Positions 1 through 12,004 of a DNA stretch of 64,000 nt are shown here, in pieces. A model generated the notes under the pieces. It saw nothing but the letters and a program-made list of their open reading frames with translations, had not been told where the DNA came from and ran no database searches. The translations under genes were made by a program, and so were the position numbers. Every line of letters begins with the position of its first letter. Within the stretch, counting starts at the first letter, position 1. Origin of the DNA: Candidatus Omnitrophota bacterium (GTDB lineage Bacteria > Omnitrophota > Gorgyraeia > Zapsychrales > Zapsychraceae); assembly GCA_021108075.1 (NCBI GenBank), contig JAIORP010000158.1, positions 5,740 to 69,739 of the forward strand, read 5' to 3'.

Positions 1-255
1 TCGAATTGAATGAAATTATCAATATTTTGGTTTATGCGATAAATTATTATGCTACTATAATTTCAACCATATTTCCATTAGAATTTAACCTGAAAAACGC
101 ACTTGGGATCGTAACGAGAAGGCAAAAATTATTACACGCGCGAGGCATTGCAATTGCGACGAATTGGACCTTCGTAATAGATCCCAATTGCATTTTCCGG
201 GTTTAACAAGAAACCGACGGAAGCAATCAAACCCTCATAATGAAAAGCCGCGATC

Positions 256-654
256 ATGACGAATAAGGAAACACAAGTTCTCGAGCAAGAATTAGAACAA
301 TTCCAAAAAGAACAACAAAAAATCCGCAATGTCATCGGTGCCATTGGAGGGACCGAAGCCTCCAAAAGAGACAAACAGATCAACCTGTTTTTTGTCGTCC
401 TCCTGTCTCTGCTTTTTGTCCTGGATTTACTGCGTCATTTGCTGCATTTACCGCTCCCGCTGCCACCGCTCTTTTCTTTAGAACTCGGCATCCTCCTGGT
501 TTCGTTGAAAATCATCTGGATGATCCACAAACAGTCCAAAGTCGAACACTTCCAATTCTGGATCCTCAATTCCATTGAATTCCGGATCAACGAATTATCA
601 AATCAATTAAAGCGGGTTGAAAAAAAATTAAAAGAAAACGGATCAAAACCGTAA
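256..654 (+). CDS. Hypothetical membrane protein (coiled-coil N-terminus, 2 TM helices)
   Basis: 132-aa ORF with two hydrophobic stretches and charged ends; converges on and overlaps the Smr gene by 12 nt. Confidence 0.7.
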   Translation: MTNKETQVLEQELEQFQKEQQKIRNVIGAIGGTEASKRDKQINLFFVVLLSLLFVLDLLRHLLHLPLPLPPLFSLELGILLVSLKIIWMIHKQSKVEHFQFWILNSIEFRINELSNQLKRVEKKLKENGSKP

Positions 655-897
655 GTGCACAAACAATCGGCCGAAATTCTTGCTGTCCTTGTCGATGCGG
701 TGATAAAGCTTTTTTATCTCTTTCTGTTCAAAAAAACGCAGAACGCGTTTCTTCAACTGTCCACTGCCTTTACCTGGAATAATTTCTATCAAACGTATCT
801 TTTTTTGACAGGCCTCTTCGATAACACGCTGCAATTCACGGTCAATGTCCTGACCTTTATTGTAAATATCGTGCAAATCCAATTTAATTTTTGCCAT
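643..897 (-). CDS. Stand-alone Smr/MutS2 C-terminal domain protein
   Basis: KLDLH...IEIIPGKGSGQLK Smr motifs; start taken at ATG 897 (MAKIKLDLH). Confidence 0.85.
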   Translation of the reverse strand: MAKIKLDLHDIYNKGQDIDRELQRVIEEACQKKIRLIEIIPGKGSGQLKKRVLRFFEQKEIKKLYHRIDKDSKNFGRLFVHLRF

Positions 898-1016
898 GAC
901 CAAACAACCTTTCATAAAAACCTGCCGGCAACCTGAAGGGATAAAAAAGATAACTGAAACATGAGGTTTTTCTCCTCTGGGAAAATGAAAAAAACGCCCT
1001 GACTATTGATGACGGC

Positions 1017-2354
1017 TTATAGATGCGCTTTCATGGGTTTGGGTGGATTAATCGGAAGCAGGATGATGAATGTCGTTCCTTTGCCAACTTCACTCTCTAC
1101 ACGAATTTCCCCTTGATGTTCTTGAATGATATTGTGGACAATAGATAAACCCAGCCCTGTTCCATCCCCGGGAGTTTTGGTGGTAAAAAATGGCGTGAAA
1201 ATATTTTTAAGATGTGTTTGCGGTATGCCCTTGCCGGAATCAGAAATCGTGATGATCACATCACTCTCGGTGGCTGTGGTTTCAATAAAGACATCACCAT
1301 AGTCTTCGATGGCTTGCGCGGCATTGACAATGATATTTAAAAAAACCTGGCCGATCCGAGACGGGTAGCCGTGAATGGTCGGCACGTCATTAAATGCCTT
1401 ATGCAATTTGCATTTGTATTTAATTTCATTCCAAACAACTTTTAAGGTCGATTCCAGGGTTTGATTGATGTCAATCGGGACCAATTCATGCTTGTCCATG
1501 CAAGCAAAATTTTTCAGCTCCAGAACAATATCCTTCACGCGCTTCGCCCCTTCTTTTGTTTCTTTGAGGAGATCATCAATATCATTCACAATAAAATCGA
1601 TCTTTTTTTCATTCACCAATTTATCAATTTGAGATAAGACTTCTTGACCCTGCTCAACCTCGCCGTTTTTCATGACATGGCTCAATGAATCATACTGGCT
1701 TAAAATACCGTTTAGAGTGCTGATATATTCATTCAAGGTGTTGAGATTCGTCATAATATATCCCATCGGATTGTTAATCTCATGGACAACACCCGCGGCC
1801 AATTGCCCCAGGCCGGCCATCTTTTCTGACTGGACAAGTTGTTCCTGCGTGCTTTGAAGGTCCTGGTTGAGTTTTTCCAACTCTCCTAATTTTTGACGCA
1901 AATAAATTTCAGCTGTAGCCAAATCCTTGGCCGCTATCTTTAATGACTTTTCAACCTTTTTCCTCTCAATCGCGAAATATATGGATTTACTCAACATCTT
2001 GGCATTGTATTCCCCTTTGACCAAATAATCCTGGGCACCATTCGCGATCGCGTCCATCCCCATCTCATGGTTATATTGGCTGGAAATAATGATGATCGGA
2101 ATATATGGGCACACGTTGCGGAATTTACCCAGTGTTTTTAAGCCCTGGGAGTCCGGCAAGTTCAGATCAAGCAGCAACAGGTCATAATCATTGCCTTCAA
2201 TGCAATTGAAAGCTTCCCGCACAGACCCGACGCACTCAATATGCGGACGGTAAAGCGTTAATTTTGAGACAAGTCCCTCTAATAATTTTAAATCTGTGGG
2301 ATTGTCTTCGACAATGAGGATATGAAACTCTTTAGATGTAAAGCCTTGGGTCAT
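1017..2354 (-). CDS. Hybrid response-regulator receiver / histidine kinase
   Basis: N-terminal REC ([18 protein letters not shown]), HisKA H-box HEINNP, HATPase N/G boxes (NAAQA, DSGKG, GTGLGL). Confidence 0.92.
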   Translation of the reverse strand: MTQGFTSKEFHILIVEDNPTDLKLLEGLVSKLTLYRPHIECVGSVREAFNCIEGNDYDLLLLDLNLPDSQGLKTLGKFRNVCPYIPIIIISSQYNHEMGMDAIANGAQDYLVKGEYNAKMLSKSIYFAIERKKVEKSLKIAAKDLATAEIYLRQKLGELEKLNQDLQSTQEQLVQSEKMAGLGQLAAGVVHEINNPMGYIMTNLNTLNEYISTLNGILSQYDSLSHVMKNGEVEQGQEVLSQIDKLVNEKKIDFIVNDIDDLLKETKEGAKRVKDIVLELKNFACMDKHELVPIDINQTLESTLKVVWNEIKYKCKLHKAFNDVPTIHGYPSRIGQVFLNIIVNAAQAIEDYGDVFIETTATESDVIITISDSGKGIPQTHLKNIFTPFFTTKTPGDGTGLGLSIVHNIIQEHQGEIRVESEVGKGTTFIILLPINPPKPMKAHL

Positions 2355-2465
2355 AATATTTTATTTTATATTGTCCGAGGACATCCTGTTAATTTATCCC
2401 TATCATACTGTATAAATATTTATAAAGATATAAAATAATAAATTAATTCAACCAGCACGACAGCA

Positions 2466-2494
2466 TTGACAATTAACCTATTTTGGACTATCTT
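2466..2494 (+). promoter_or_regulatory. Putative sigma70 promoter of metH
   Basis: TTGACA-17 nt-TATCTT about 40 nt upstream of ATG 2533. Confidence 0.6.
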
Positions 2495-2532
2495 ATCTCT
2501 TATTATAGATAATATTAATCACTGAAAAGGAC

Positions 2533-5500
2533 ATGATTGTGAACTCAAAGACAGAAGTGATAAAAGGACTGCTCCAAAAAAGAATTCTTGTTATGGACGG
2601 CGCCATGGGGACAATGATCCAATGTCATGATCTCGTTGAAGCGGATTACCGCAACGAACAATTTAAAGATCACTCCACGGATTTAAGAAACAATTCTGAT
2701 GTTTTGAGTTTAACCCAACCGCAGATCATCGAAGACATTCATCGCCAATATCTGAAGGCCGGCGCGGACATCATTGAAACAAACACTTTTGGCGCGACCG
2801 TCATCAGCCAGGCGGATTTTCAACTGGAAAATTTTGTTGACGACATGAATATCAAATCCGCGCAGATCGCGCGCAAGGCGGTGGATGATTTCATGAAACA
2901 AAATCCTCTCAAGCCGCGTTTTGTTGCGGGGTCCATTGGTCCGACCAACAAAATGGCTTCCATGTCGGCTGATGTCACGGATCCCGGACACCGCGCGGTA
3001 ACCTTTGACGGTTTTGTTGAGGCCTATTATCAACAGGTGCACGGACTCGTGGCCGGCGGGGTGGATATTCTTCTTGTCGAAACAATTTTTGACACGCTCA
3101 ATGCCAAAGCCGCTTTATTTGCCGTTCGTAAATATTTAAAAGATAACAATCTTAATCTGCCCGTAATGATTTCCTTTACAATTATCGATAAAACCGGCCG
3201 AACCCTTTCAGGGCAGAATGTCGAGGCCTTTTGGATCTCCGTGGCACACACGAAGCCGCTCTCGGTTGGATTAAACTGTGCCTTAGGAGCCGACGACATG
3301 AGGCCGCATCTTGAAACACTGCATCATATCGTGCCCTGCTATATCAGCTGTTATCCGAACGCCGGCCTGCCTGATGGCTTTGGAAATTTTAAGGAAACGC
3401 CCCGGGAGATGACCGGCATTATCAAAAATTTCGCCCAATCAGGCTTTGTGAATATGGTTGGCGGTTGCTGCGGGACCTCCCCTGAGCATATTAAACTTTT
3501 TGCTGAAGCAGTTGCGGACGTTCCTCCCCGGCCATTAAAAAAACAACCGGTTCAACCGCGTTACAGTGGATTAGAACCTCTGATCATTCGACCCGAATCG
3601 AATTTTATCAATATTGGAGAACGCACCAACGTTGCCGGATCTAAAAAATTTGCGCGTCTCATCAAAGAAGGTGATTATGAATCGGCACTGTCCATCGCCC
3701 GGCAACAGGTCGAAGCCGGCGCGCAAATGATCGATATCAACATGGATGAACCCATGCTGGATGCCAAAGCCGCAATGGTCAAATTCCTGAATCTGATCGC
3801 GGCTGAACCAGAAATCGCGCGCGTGCCCATCATGATTGACTCTTCCCGCTGGGATGTGATTGAGGCCGGGTTGAAATGTGTTCAGGGTAAGGCCGTTGTC
3901 AACTCGATCAGCCTCAAGGAAGGTGAAGAACCTTTCATCGCTCAAGCCCATCAACTTCTTGAATACGGAGCAGCGGTCATTGTCATGGCCTTTGATGAAA
4001 CAGGTCAGGCTGATTCATTGGAACGAAAAGTAAACATCTGCGCGCGAGCCTATAAAATTCTAACGGAAAAAGTGGGGTTCGCCCCTGAAGACATCATCTT
4101 CGACCCCAATATCTTTGCCGTGGCCACCGGCATAGAGGAACATAACAATTATGCGGTTGATTTTATTGAAGCCACACGGCAAATCAAACAAACCCTTCCA
4201 CACGCCTTAATTAGTGGTGGCGTCAGCAATGTTTCTTTTTCTTTCCGGGGTAATAATCCGATCAGAGAAGCCATGCATTCGGCTTTTCTATATCATGCCA
4301 TCAAAGCGGGTATGGACATGGGCATCGTTAATGCCGGGATGGTCGGTGTCTACGATGATATTGAACCAACCCTGTTGAAACGGATTGAAGACGTGCTGTT
4401 CAATAAACATCCCGACGCGACTGAAAACCTCATTGAGTTCGCTCAAACCGTCGACAGCGGCCCGGAAGCCCAAAAACAGCAACTCCAGGCCTGGCGGGGT
4501 AAACCGGTTGAAGAACGGCTCGCGTACGCCCTCATCAAAGGAATTACCGAATATCTTGAAATAGATGTTGCTGAGGCGCTAAAAACGTATAAACCGATTG
4601 AACTCATCGAAGGGCCCCTGATGACCGGGATAAATAAAGTGGGAGAATTGTTCGGCGAGGGAAAAATGTTTCTGCCGCAAGTCGTCAAAAGCGCGCGTGT
4701 CATGAAAAAGACCGTCGCTTTTCTTGAACCGCTTTTAGAAAAGGAAAAACTTTCCGGTAAAGTCCGGTCAGCCGGGAAAATCATCATGGCGACCGTTAAA
4801 GGGGACGTCCATGATATCGGCAAAAACATTGTTAGCGTTGTTCTGGCCTGTAATAACTTTGAGATTATCGACCTCGGGGTAATGGTCCCCTGCGAGAAAA
4901 TTCTTGAGGTTGTGAAGAAAGAAAACGTGGCGATCGTCAGCCTCAGCGGATTAATCACGCCCTCACTAGAACAAATGATCCATGTCGCCCAAGAAATGGA
5001 ACGTCAAGGATTTGAGATCCCTCTTGTCGTCGGCGGGGCAACCACGTCTATCCAACATTTAGCCATTAAAATAGCACCTCAATATCATGGTGCTTCTGTT
5101 CACGTACAAGACGCCTCCCAGAGTGTTGGCGTGTTTAAAAAATTGATCAATCCTGAGACAAAAAAAGCTTACGTGCAGGAACTCAAAGAAAAATATGCGC
5201 GGATCCGTGAAAAACATCTGAAGGAAAGTCAAACGCAACGGTTTTTGTCTTTTGAAAAATCGTATCAGGACCGCTTCAAGATCGACTGGAATGAAAAAGA
5301 AGTCACAAAACCGTCTCTTCTGGGTGTGCGCGCGTTAAAGGATTACGATTTAAATATCATTCGCCAAAAAATCAATTGGAGCTTCTTATTTTTAGCCTGG
5401 GGACTCAAAGGCCATTACCCGCAAATCATTGATGATCCGAAATACGGCGAAGAAGCAAAAAAACTTTACGCGGACGCGCAAGAGGAACTCGACCGGCTCA

Positions 5501-6216
5501 TTGACCGGCAGCTTATTAAAGCTCACGGCGTGATCGGCTTCTTTCCCGCGAATAGTCAGAAAAATGGCATTGAAATATATACCGATGATGACCGTAATGA
5601 AATTCTGGCGGTCTTACCGACTTTACGCCAACAGCAAATAAAAACAAACGGAAAACCCCATACGTCCCTGGCTGACTTTATTGCCCCTAAAGAGACGAAA
5701 ATTAGAGATTATATCGGCGCTTTTGCCGTAACCAACGGCATCGGCATTGAAAAGATCGCCCAACAAGCGAAAAACAACAAAGATGACTACCAGCATATCA
5801 TGCTCAAAACATTAGCCGACCGTATGGCTGAGGCCTTCGCAGAGCATCTGCATGAGTTAACGCGTAAAAAATTCTGGGGGTATCAATCCGACGAGAAGTT
5901 GGGCCTGAAGGATATGTTTCACTGCAAATATAAAGGCATTCGTCCGGCGCCAGGCTACCAGGCCTGCCCGGATCACACGGACAAACTGACCCTGTTCAAC
6001 CTGCTGGAAGCGGAAAAGAACACAGAGATTGTCCTGACAGAATCCATGATGATGAATCCGGCCGCGTCTGTGTGCGGTTGGTATTTCGCGCATCCTCAAT
6101 CGCATTATTTCTCTGTCGGAAAACTGCAAAAAGACCAAATTGAAGATTACGCCAAACAGAAAAAAATGACAGTTGAAAACGTTGAGAAATGGCTCGCTTC
6201 ATTTTTGGGATATTAA
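2533..6216 (+). CDS. metH: Cobalamin-dependent methionine synthase
   Basis: [22 protein letters not shown] pterin domain, B12-binding GDVHDIGK, C-terminal RPAPGY activation domain; 1227 aa. Confidence 0.98.
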   Translation: MIVNSKTEVIKGLLQKRILVMDGAMGTMIQCHDLVEADYRNEQFKDHSTDLRNNSDVLSLTQPQIIEDIHRQYLKAGADIIETNTFGATVISQADFQLENFVDDMNIKSAQIARKAVDDFMKQNPLKPRFVAGSIGPTNKMASMSADVTDPGHRAVTFDGFVEAYYQQVHGLVAGGVDILLVETIFDTLNAKAALFAVRKYLKDNNLNLPVMISFTIIDKTGRTLSGQNVEAFWISVAHTKPLSVGLNCALGADDMRPHLETLHHIVPCYISCYPNAGLPDGFGNFKETPREMTGIIKNFAQSGFVNMVGGCCGTSPEHIKLFAEAVADVPPRPLKKQPVQPRYSGLEPLIIRPESNFINIGERTNVAGSKKFARLIKEGDYESALSIARQQVEAGAQMIDINMDEPMLDAKAAMVKFLNLIAAEPEIARVPIMIDSSRWDVIEAGLKCVQGKAVVNSISLKEGEEPFIAQAHQLLEYGAAVIVMAFDETGQADSLERKVNICARAYKILTEKVGFAPEDIIFDPNIFAVATGIEEHNNYAVDFIEATRQIKQTLPHALISGGVSNVSFSFRGNNPIREAMHSAFLYHAIKAGMDMGIVNAGMVGVYDDIEPTLLKRIEDVLFNKHPDATENLIEFAQTVDSGPEAQKQQLQAWRGKPVEERLAYALIKGITEYLEIDVAEALKTYKPIELIEGPLMTGINKVGELFGEGKMFLPQVVKSARVMKKTVAFLEPLLEKEKLSGKVRSAGKIIMATVKGDVHDIGKNIVSVVLACNNFEIIDLGVMVPCEKILEVVKKENVAIVSLSGLITPSLEQMIHVAQEMERQGFEIPLVVGGATTSIQHLAIKIAPQYHGASVHVQDASQSVGVFKKLINPETKKAYVQELKEKYARIREKHLKESQTQRFLSFEKSYQDRFKIDWNEKEVTKPSLLGVRALKDYDLNIIRQKINWSFLFLAWGLKGHYPQIIDDPKYGEEAKKLYADAQEELDRLIDRQLIKAHGVIGFFPANSQKNGIEIYTDDDRNEILAVLPTLRQQQIKTNGKPHTSLADFIAPKETKIRDYIGAFAVTNGIGIEKIAQQAKNNKDDYQHIMLKTLADRMAEAFAEHLHELTRKKFWGYQSDEKLGLKDMFHCKYKGIRPAPGYQACPDHTDKLTLFNLLEAEKNTEIVLTESMMMNPAASVCGWYFAHPQSHYFSVGKLQKDQIEDYAKQKKMTVENVEKWLASFLGY

Positions 6217-6240
6217 AAAATGGGACGGACACGTTCTTCT

Positions 6241-7887
6241 TTATACACTATTCGGGTCTTCGACCTTCTGTAGAATCGGTAGGCGAATAATAACCAGAGT
6301 GCCCTCTCCTATCACACTCTCAATAAAAATATTTCCGTGGTGACTTTGGATGATGCCTTGCGCAATCGAAAGGCCTAAACCCGTATTCTGGTCTTTCAAG
6401 CTGTAAAAAGGGTCAAATAAAAAAGGGAGCTCGTCCTGATGGACACCATAACCCAAATCCTTAATCCGTATTTCAATCTCATTCCCCTCCCTTTTATCGA
6501 TCGCGATTGATATCGTCCCACCCCCCGGCATCGCTTCCCGGGAATTTGTGACCACGTTTAATAACGCCTGACTCAATTGATGCGGATCGGATTCAATGGT
6601 GATCGGCCGGTCATCATCATATTCTTTTAGAATCTGAATATTCAATTCAACGATACTGTTCTTTAAAGTGGTTAAAACGGTGTTCATCAGTTTCATTAAG
6701 TTTGTTTTCTTGATGCCGAACCGGATCGGCTTACTGTAGTCCATCAGGTGTTGCACCAAATCATACATGCGGTTCAACTCCGAATCCAAAACATTTGAAA
6801 ATTTTGTTAAAAAGACCTTATCATCCAGGCGCTGGGGCAAATAAAAGCAGTATCCCTTTAGAACTGTCAGGGGATTCTTCATTTCATGGGCAACACCGCT
6901 TGCCAGGGTGGTAATCATTTTATATTTATCAGTCTGGAAGACGCGATCGCGCAACATTTTATTTTCTTCAATGACATGGTCATAATTCAACATATAAAAA
7001 TGACGCTCAATAAAACCTTGAATGGTATTTTTAAGCGGAAAAAACATAATGGCAATCGTTAACGCAGAGGCCAGGTTGGTCATGATCGATTCCGTTCCAA
7101 TAACGTTCTTGAATAACTTCTCGTTAATGAAAACAATCAAAAAATACAGAACCAACATTACGGTGAACAATGTGGAATACGCCATTGTCTGCTTAACCAC
7201 CTTATCGCGAAACACCAATTGTTTTTTAAAAATCCCGTAGCCCACATAAACCAAACAGGCGAAAATCATAGACGGCCCCAACCACACAAGTTTAAAATAA
7301 TTATATAGCGGCAAAACGACGCCTGTCGTGCCTGCCAGTAAGAATGAAAAAAATAATCCCCCGATAACATACCGCATGGCCTGGCGCTGGGAATCCAAGG
7401 AAAAGCGATAGGATTGAAATAACCGCATAAATCCCCAAAGAAGGTAACAGACAACATAAATATACCAAAAATAATGCCCACTCGCCCAGGCCCATTGCTT
7501 TGTTTGATTTGAAATGTATATCTGCGTAAGCATGTAAGGTGTGCCGTAATACAAATAAGCTAAAATACCGGTAGGAATAAACACCGCCCATCTTAACCAT
7601 AGCGGAAGTTTCCATTCTTCTTGCGGATAAACAAACGAGAAAAGCAAAATTAATGTCACGATGAGACTTCCGGCAACATACTTCGCTCTAAGCCAGAATA
7701 ACGATGATATGTTCGTCGTCGAGACATAAAACATTCCCAGGCTGACCGCCCACAAAACAACACTTATTAAGAACTGGTTAAACAACTTGCCGGAGGGTTT
7801 CTTCTCACCCTTTGCGTGCACGACACCGCATAAAATAAGATAAATGCCGACCGTAAAAAACAATGTGATTGATTGATAGTTCATCAT
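6241..7887 (-). CDS. Membrane sensor histidine kinase (N-terminal multi-TM, HisKA_7TM-like)
   Basis: About 9 hydrophobic segments, H-box AHEMKNP, HATPase GLGLSI. Confidence 0.88.
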   Translation of the reverse strand: MMNYQSITLFFTVGIYLILCGVVHAKGEKKPSGKLFNQFLISVVLWAVSLGMFYVSTTNISSLFWLRAKYVAGSLIVTLILLFSFVYPQEEWKLPLWLRWAVFIPTGILAYLYYGTPYMLTQIYISNQTKQWAWASGHYFWYIYVVCYLLWGFMRLFQSYRFSLDSQRQAMRYVIGGLFFSFLLAGTTGVVLPLYNYFKLVWLGPSMIFACLVYVGYGIFKKQLVFRDKVVKQTMAYSTLFTVMLVLYFLIVFINEKLFKNVIGTESIMTNLASALTIAIMFFPLKNTIQGFIERHFYMLNYDHVIEENKMLRDRVFQTDKYKMITTLASGVAHEMKNPLTVLKGYCFYLPQRLDDKVFLTKFSNVLDSELNRMYDLVQHLMDYSKPIRFGIKKTNLMKLMNTVLTTLKNSIVELNIQILKEYDDDRPITIESDPHQLSQALLNVVTNSREAMPGGGTISIAIDKREGNEIEIRIKDLGYGVHQDELPFLFDPFYSLKDQNTGLGLSIAQGIIQSHHGNIFIESVIGEGTLVIIRLPILQKVEDPNSV

Positions 7888-7984
7888 TAGGACATAACAA
7901 TGTCTTTCAGGTTAATAAAATTTTCTGGCAATTCTTTTTATAAATATTAGTATAGTATAAAAAAGTCTTCAGCTAAATCATTTT

Positions 7985-8692
7985 TCAATTTTTTCGTGGT
8001 TCTTCGATTGAAGAATCTGTGATGTCATATTTCTTTCGTAGATGCTGCATGTCTGCTTCAGAATAGTTGTCCATTTGCTCATCAGCATAAACCGGATCAA
8101 TGACACTTAGACGGGGAACAAAGCGTTGAAGATGATATTGAGTGGCACCTTTTATGAGAGCTGACATCTCTTGAATATCATTTTCTTTGAGTAAATCTTT
8201 AGGAACCGTACTGCGGAATTCATAGGGGACGTGCCGCTCTAACAGCAACCGGATGCTGTGCTTAATCAACTCTTCTTGATGGGGAATACCGGTAACCTGG
8301 TGATATTTGCTTAATGGCGCCTTGATATCCATCGAAATATAATCCACGAGACCTGAATGTATGATATCAGAGATGACCTCCGGATGGGTTCCGTTCGTAT
8401 CAAGTTTGATCGCATAATCCAGGTCTTTGACCTTCTGCAAAAAGGGCTTTAAATCTTGATGAACCGTCGGTTCCCCTCCGCTGATAACAACACCGTTCAG
8501 TTGCCCCTGCCTTTTTTTTAAGAAGTCAAAAATCGTTCGCAGTGGTATGGGAGGCTGATATTTTTCTGGAAGAACCAATTCGGCATTATGACAATACGGA
8601 CAACGCAGGTTGCAGCCCTGTGTAAAGACAACCGCGGCCAATTTGCCGGGAAAATCAATGATTGAAAATTTTAATAATCCACCTATTTTCAT
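7985..8692 (-). CDS. nrdG: Anaerobic ribonucleotide reductase activating enzyme (radical SAM)
   Basis: GCNLRCPYCHN motif, SGGEPT, KLDTNG; directly downstream of nrdD. Confidence 0.92.
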   Translation of the reverse strand: MKIGGLLKFSIIDFPGKLAAVVFTQGCNLRCPYCHNAELVLPEKYQPPIPLRTIFDFLKKRQGQLNGVVISGGEPTVHQDLKPFLQKVKDLDYAIKLDTNGTHPEVISDIIHSGLVDYISMDIKAPLSKYHQVTGIPHQEELIKHSIRLLLERHVPYEFRSTVPKDLLKENDIQEMSALIKGATQYHLQRFVPRLSVIDPVYADEQMDNYSEADMQHLRKKYDITDSSIEEPRKN

Positions 8693-8697
8693 GATAT

Positions 8698-8758
8698 ATA
8701 AAAAGTAGGGACGGATGGTACTTTTTTTAAAAAAGTACCATCCGTCCCTACTTTTTAT
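8698..8758. terminator. Perfect 61-bp palindrome (30-bp arms) between nrdD and nrdG; terminator-like hairpin
   Basis: ATAAAAAGTAGGGACGGATGGTACTTTTTT-T-AAAAAAGTACCATCCGTCCCTACTTTTTAT; T-tract on both strands. Confidence 0.75.
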
Positions 8759-8770
8759 TCCTTTTATCTT

Positions 8771-10900
8771 TTAAGCAACTTTACTGATACCTGACTCTAT
8801 TAAACAATAGGTCTTCCTATCAGCAAACTCGGCCTGTTTACCTTTATTCCACTGTTGGACCGGCCTTAAATAACCGACCACGCGCGAATAAACTTCACAC
8901 TGGCTTTCACATTGCGAACAATATTGATGTTCGCCCGCAATATAGCCGCAGTTCGGACAAATGCTGAATGTCGGCGTTATGGTGAAATACGGCAAATGAT
9001 ACCGCTCACAAACGACCCTGATCAATGACTTCAGACCTTCGACATTATCGATCTTCTCACCGACAAAACCATGCAGCACTGTTCCGCCGGTATAACGTGT
9101 CTGCAGATCATCCTGATGATCAAAAACTTCAAAGATATCCTGCGAATAATCCACCGGCAAGTGCGTCGAATTGGTATAAAAAGGCTCGTGACCTTGTTGG
9201 TACTTTTTTTCATTCGCACAAATAATACCTGGAAACATCTCCTTATCCACTTTAGCCATGCGGTATGAACAACCTTCGGCTGGTGTCGCTTCAAGATTGT
9301 AGATATTGTCGGACTCTTCCTGGAACCCTATTAATTTATCGCGCATAAAGTCCAAGACTCTTTTTGCGAGTTCATGACCGCGCGGATCGGCGATATCCAC
9401 ACCCAGTAAATTGAGACACGCCTCATTCATCCCTAACAGGCCAATGGTTCCGAAATGATTTTTCCAGTATTCGCCAAAACGCTCTTTCATATGACGCAGA
9501 AAAAACTTCATATACGGATAAAGATTATCATCCGTGAATTTTTCTAATACTTTACGCTTAATATCCAGGCTTTCTCTGGCTAACAACATCTTCTCTTCAA
9601 TCCTCTTTAAAAAATCGGATTCATCAGCCGAAAGATACGCTAAACGGGGCATATTCATCGTGACAACCCCGATCGAACCTGTTAATGGTGTCGCCCCAAA
9701 CAATCCGCCGCCGCGCTTGCGTAACTCGCGATTATCCAAACGCAGACGACAGCACATGCTGCGGGCATCCTCAGGCTCCATATCAGAATTGACAAAATTC
9801 GAGAAGTAAGGAATGCCATATTTGGCGGTGATATCCCATAACATCTTAAGATTCGGATTATCCCAATCAAAATCTTTCGTAATGTTATACGTCGGGATCG
9901 GAAACGTAAAAACACGACCCTTAGCATCGCCCTCGACCATGACCGCAAGAAAAGCCTTGTTCAGCACATCCATCTCGAGCTGGAATTCCTTGTAGGTCTC
10001 TGGCTGGATTCTCCCGCCGATGACAATCCCTTCATCAGCTAAATAGGCCGGAGGATGCAAATCCATGGTAATATTTGTAAACGGGGTTTGAAAACCAACG
10101 CGTGTTGGCACATTCACATTAAAAACAAACTCCTGCAATGCTTGTTTGACTTCAAGATAAGTCAGATTATCGAAGCGAATAAACGGAGCTAATAACGTAT
10201 CAAAATTGGAAAACGCTTGAGCACCGGCGGCTTCTCCTTGAAGGGTATAAAAGAAATTGACGATCTGACCGAGGGCACTACGCAAATGCTTGGCCGGTTT
10301 TGATTCCATCTTACCGGAAGCACCTGTAAAACCACATATCAGGAGATCTTTAAGATCCCAGCCGACACAATAAACGCTGATCAAACCTAAATCATGGATA
10401 TGAAAATCGCCATAAGTATGCGATTTTTTGATTTCGGCAGGATAGATTTTATTCAGCCAGTAGACTTTGCTGATTTCTGAAGAAACATACTGATTTAACC
10501 CCTGCAATGAAAATGCCATATTGCTATTTTCATTAACCTTCCAGTCAATCCGCGTCAGATATTGATCCACCAGTTCAACATTACTTTTAGAGGTTATTTC
10601 TCTTATTTTGGAATGTTGATCACGGTAAAGAATATATGCTTTGGCGGTCTTCTTATAAGGCGAGGTTATGAGGATATCTTCGACGATATCTTGAATTTCT
10701 TCAACCGTTGGCGCACGGTCATTAAAAACTTGCTGCGCAATATTCACAGCGCGAAACATAAGTTTTTGAGCGATATTATCCGAAAATTCACCCGTTGCTT
10801 CTCCAGCCAGTTGAATGGCCCGGGTAATTTTTTGCGGAATAAATTCTTCCTCCAGATTATTACGTTTAACAATTTTGTTAAGCATACCGCTTCTGCCCAT
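8771..10900 (-). CDS. nrdD: Class III anaerobic ribonucleoside-triphosphate reductase with N-terminal ATP cone
   Basis: ATP cone (IVKRN...VEEIQD), RSMCCRL, EATPAEG, C-terminal CxxC..CxxC and glycyl-radical YSRVVGYLRP; RBS GGAGG before ATG 10900. Confidence 0.95.
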   Translation of the reverse strand: MGRSGMLNKIVKRNNLEEEFIPQKITRAIQLAGEATGEFSDNIAQKLMFRAVNIAQQVFNDRAPTVEEIQDIVEDILITSPYKKTAKAYILYRDQHSKIREITSKSNVELVDQYLTRIDWKVNENSNMAFSLQGLNQYVSSEISKVYWLNKIYPAEIKKSHTYGDFHIHDLGLISVYCVGWDLKDLLICGFTGASGKMESKPAKHLRSALGQIVNFFYTLQGEAAGAQAFSNFDTLLAPFIRFDNLTYLEVKQALQEFVFNVNVPTRVGFQTPFTNITMDLHPPAYLADEGIVIGGRIQPETYKEFQLEMDVLNKAFLAVMVEGDAKGRVFTFPIPTYNITKDFDWDNPNLKMLWDITAKYGIPYFSNFVNSDMEPEDARSMCCRLRLDNRELRKRGGGLFGATPLTGSIGVVTMNMPRLAYLSADESDFLKRIEEKMLLARESLDIKRKVLEKFTDDNLYPYMKFFLRHMKERFGEYWKNHFGTIGLLGMNEACLNLLGVDIADPRGHELAKRVLDFMRDKLIGFQEESDNIYNLEATPAEGCSYRMAKVDKEMFPGIICANEKKYQQGHEPFYTNSTHLPVDYSQDIFEVFDHQDDLQTRYTGGTVLHGFVGEKIDNVEGLKSLIRVVCERYHLPYFTITPTFSICPNCGYIAGEHQYCSQCESQCEVYSRVVGYLRPVQQWNKGKQAEFADRKTYCLIESGISKVA

Positions 10901-10996
10901 AAAACCTCCCCTCATCAGTAATTTTTGTGGTTTATATTAGTTTTGATACCCCAAAAACCCGGCAAACTTCATTCAGTTCGTTTTGTTCTTGCTCCT

Positions 10997-11024
10997 ATTA
11001 TAAGCACAATATATGGTATGTCAA
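10997..11024 (-). promoter_or_regulatory. Consensus sigma70 promoter of nrdDG
   Basis: Minus strand TTGACA-16 nt-TATAAT. Confidence 0.75.
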
Positions 11025-11050
11025 CATCTTTTTAACACAATATATTGTGC
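11004..11050. promoter_or_regulatory. Tandem NrdR boxes
   Basis: GCACAATATATGGTAT (11004-11019) and ACACAATATATTGTGC (11035-11050) match acaCwAtATaTwGtg, 31 bp apart; box 1 fills the promoter spacer. Confidence 0.88.
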
Positions 11051-11083
11051 TTTTTTTAAAAATTTTTTACAAAAAATAAAAAT

Positions 11084-11863
11084 TTAACTTGACAGGCCAT
11101 GTCTTAACTTCGTTTGCTTGTCGTGCAATGGCTTGATATCTTTTTGTGTTTTTTCATAGACTGTTTTAGCGTTAAAATCAGCAAAAATTTTTTTTATTTC
11201 CCGCATATCCTTTTTAGAAATTGGCTGCACATTAGAGGGGCGTAAAGGTGTATTTAACTGGACTTCATCCGGGTTCAAATCACGAACGACCCGGGCGATC
11301 CGGGGAGCAAAAGACTTATTCGCTTCGACAAACATAATTTGAATAGCCAATATGCCCTTGAAAAAACAACGAAATTTTTTTATCCCGTCGACAATGTGGG
11401 AAAAATGAACATCCGGGGAAGGTTGGTTGATGCGCTGCAACGATTCTTGATTCCAGGCGTCCAGTTTTAAAAGGACACAATCGGCAAGCAATAAATCCTT
11501 CTGCACATCCACCCTGTCTATTAAGGTTGAGTTCGAAATCACAGCCACCTTGCCTTTTGTTATCGTTTTAACACCCTGGATCAATTCCCCCAGGTTTAAG
11601 GCTAAGGTCGGCTCTCCCCGGCCAGAAAACGTATAATAATCGACATGTTCCACAGGGAAAAATTTCAACTCATTAAGGATATCATTTGTTGCAACCCACT
11701 GCATACGTTCGGATTGCAAACAATCTGTCCGGGCCAGCTGACAATATTCACAATCAAACGAACAAATTTTCTGTGACTGTGATAAAGGATCGATCCCCAC
11801 AGAAACACCTAAACGCCATGAATAAATCGGGCCAAATATATATTGATATTCATTTTCTGGCAT
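11084..11863 (-). CDS. Radical SAM Fe-S oxidoreductase (COG0731/TYW1-like)
   Basis: YIFGPIYSWRLGVSVGID, CSFDCEYC, FSGRGEPTL. Confidence 0.8.
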   Translation of the reverse strand: MPENEYQYIFGPIYSWRLGVSVGIDPLSQSQKICSFDCEYCQLARTDCLQSERMQWVATNDILNELKFFPVEHVDYYTFSGRGEPTLALNLGELIQGVKTITKGKVAVISNSTLIDRVDVQKDLLLADCVLLKLDAWNQESLQRINQPSPDVHFSHIVDGIKKFRCFFKGILAIQIMFVEANKSFAPRIARVVRDLNPDEVQLNTPLRPSNVQPISKKDMREIKKIFADFNAKTVYEKTQKDIKPLHDKQTKLRHGLSS

Positions 11864-12004
11864 AAATATATTATTTATTCATATTAATAGTTATATTAAT
11901 AGAATTATTTCATTAAATAAAAATAAACCTCAGAGGTGTCAACAGCGCGCAAAATTTAACAAGAAATCATCCTGATAAAACGTTGTCCGGAAACAATCCA
12001 AGCG

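Noticed and set aside
6-206. 66-aa ORF at the window start
   Set aside because: TTG start, no recognisable features, lies in the probable promoter region of the next gene
2355-2532. SAM or cobalamin riboswitch upstream of metH
   Set aside because: The region is short and AT-rich, the promoter is only about 40 nt from the start, and no aptamer motifs were seen
2710-6232. Antisense and alternate-frame ORFs within metH (and similar ones in nrdD, nifJ, GT-Cs and bat genes)
   Set aside because: Shadow ORFs of well-supported genes with no motifs or RBS
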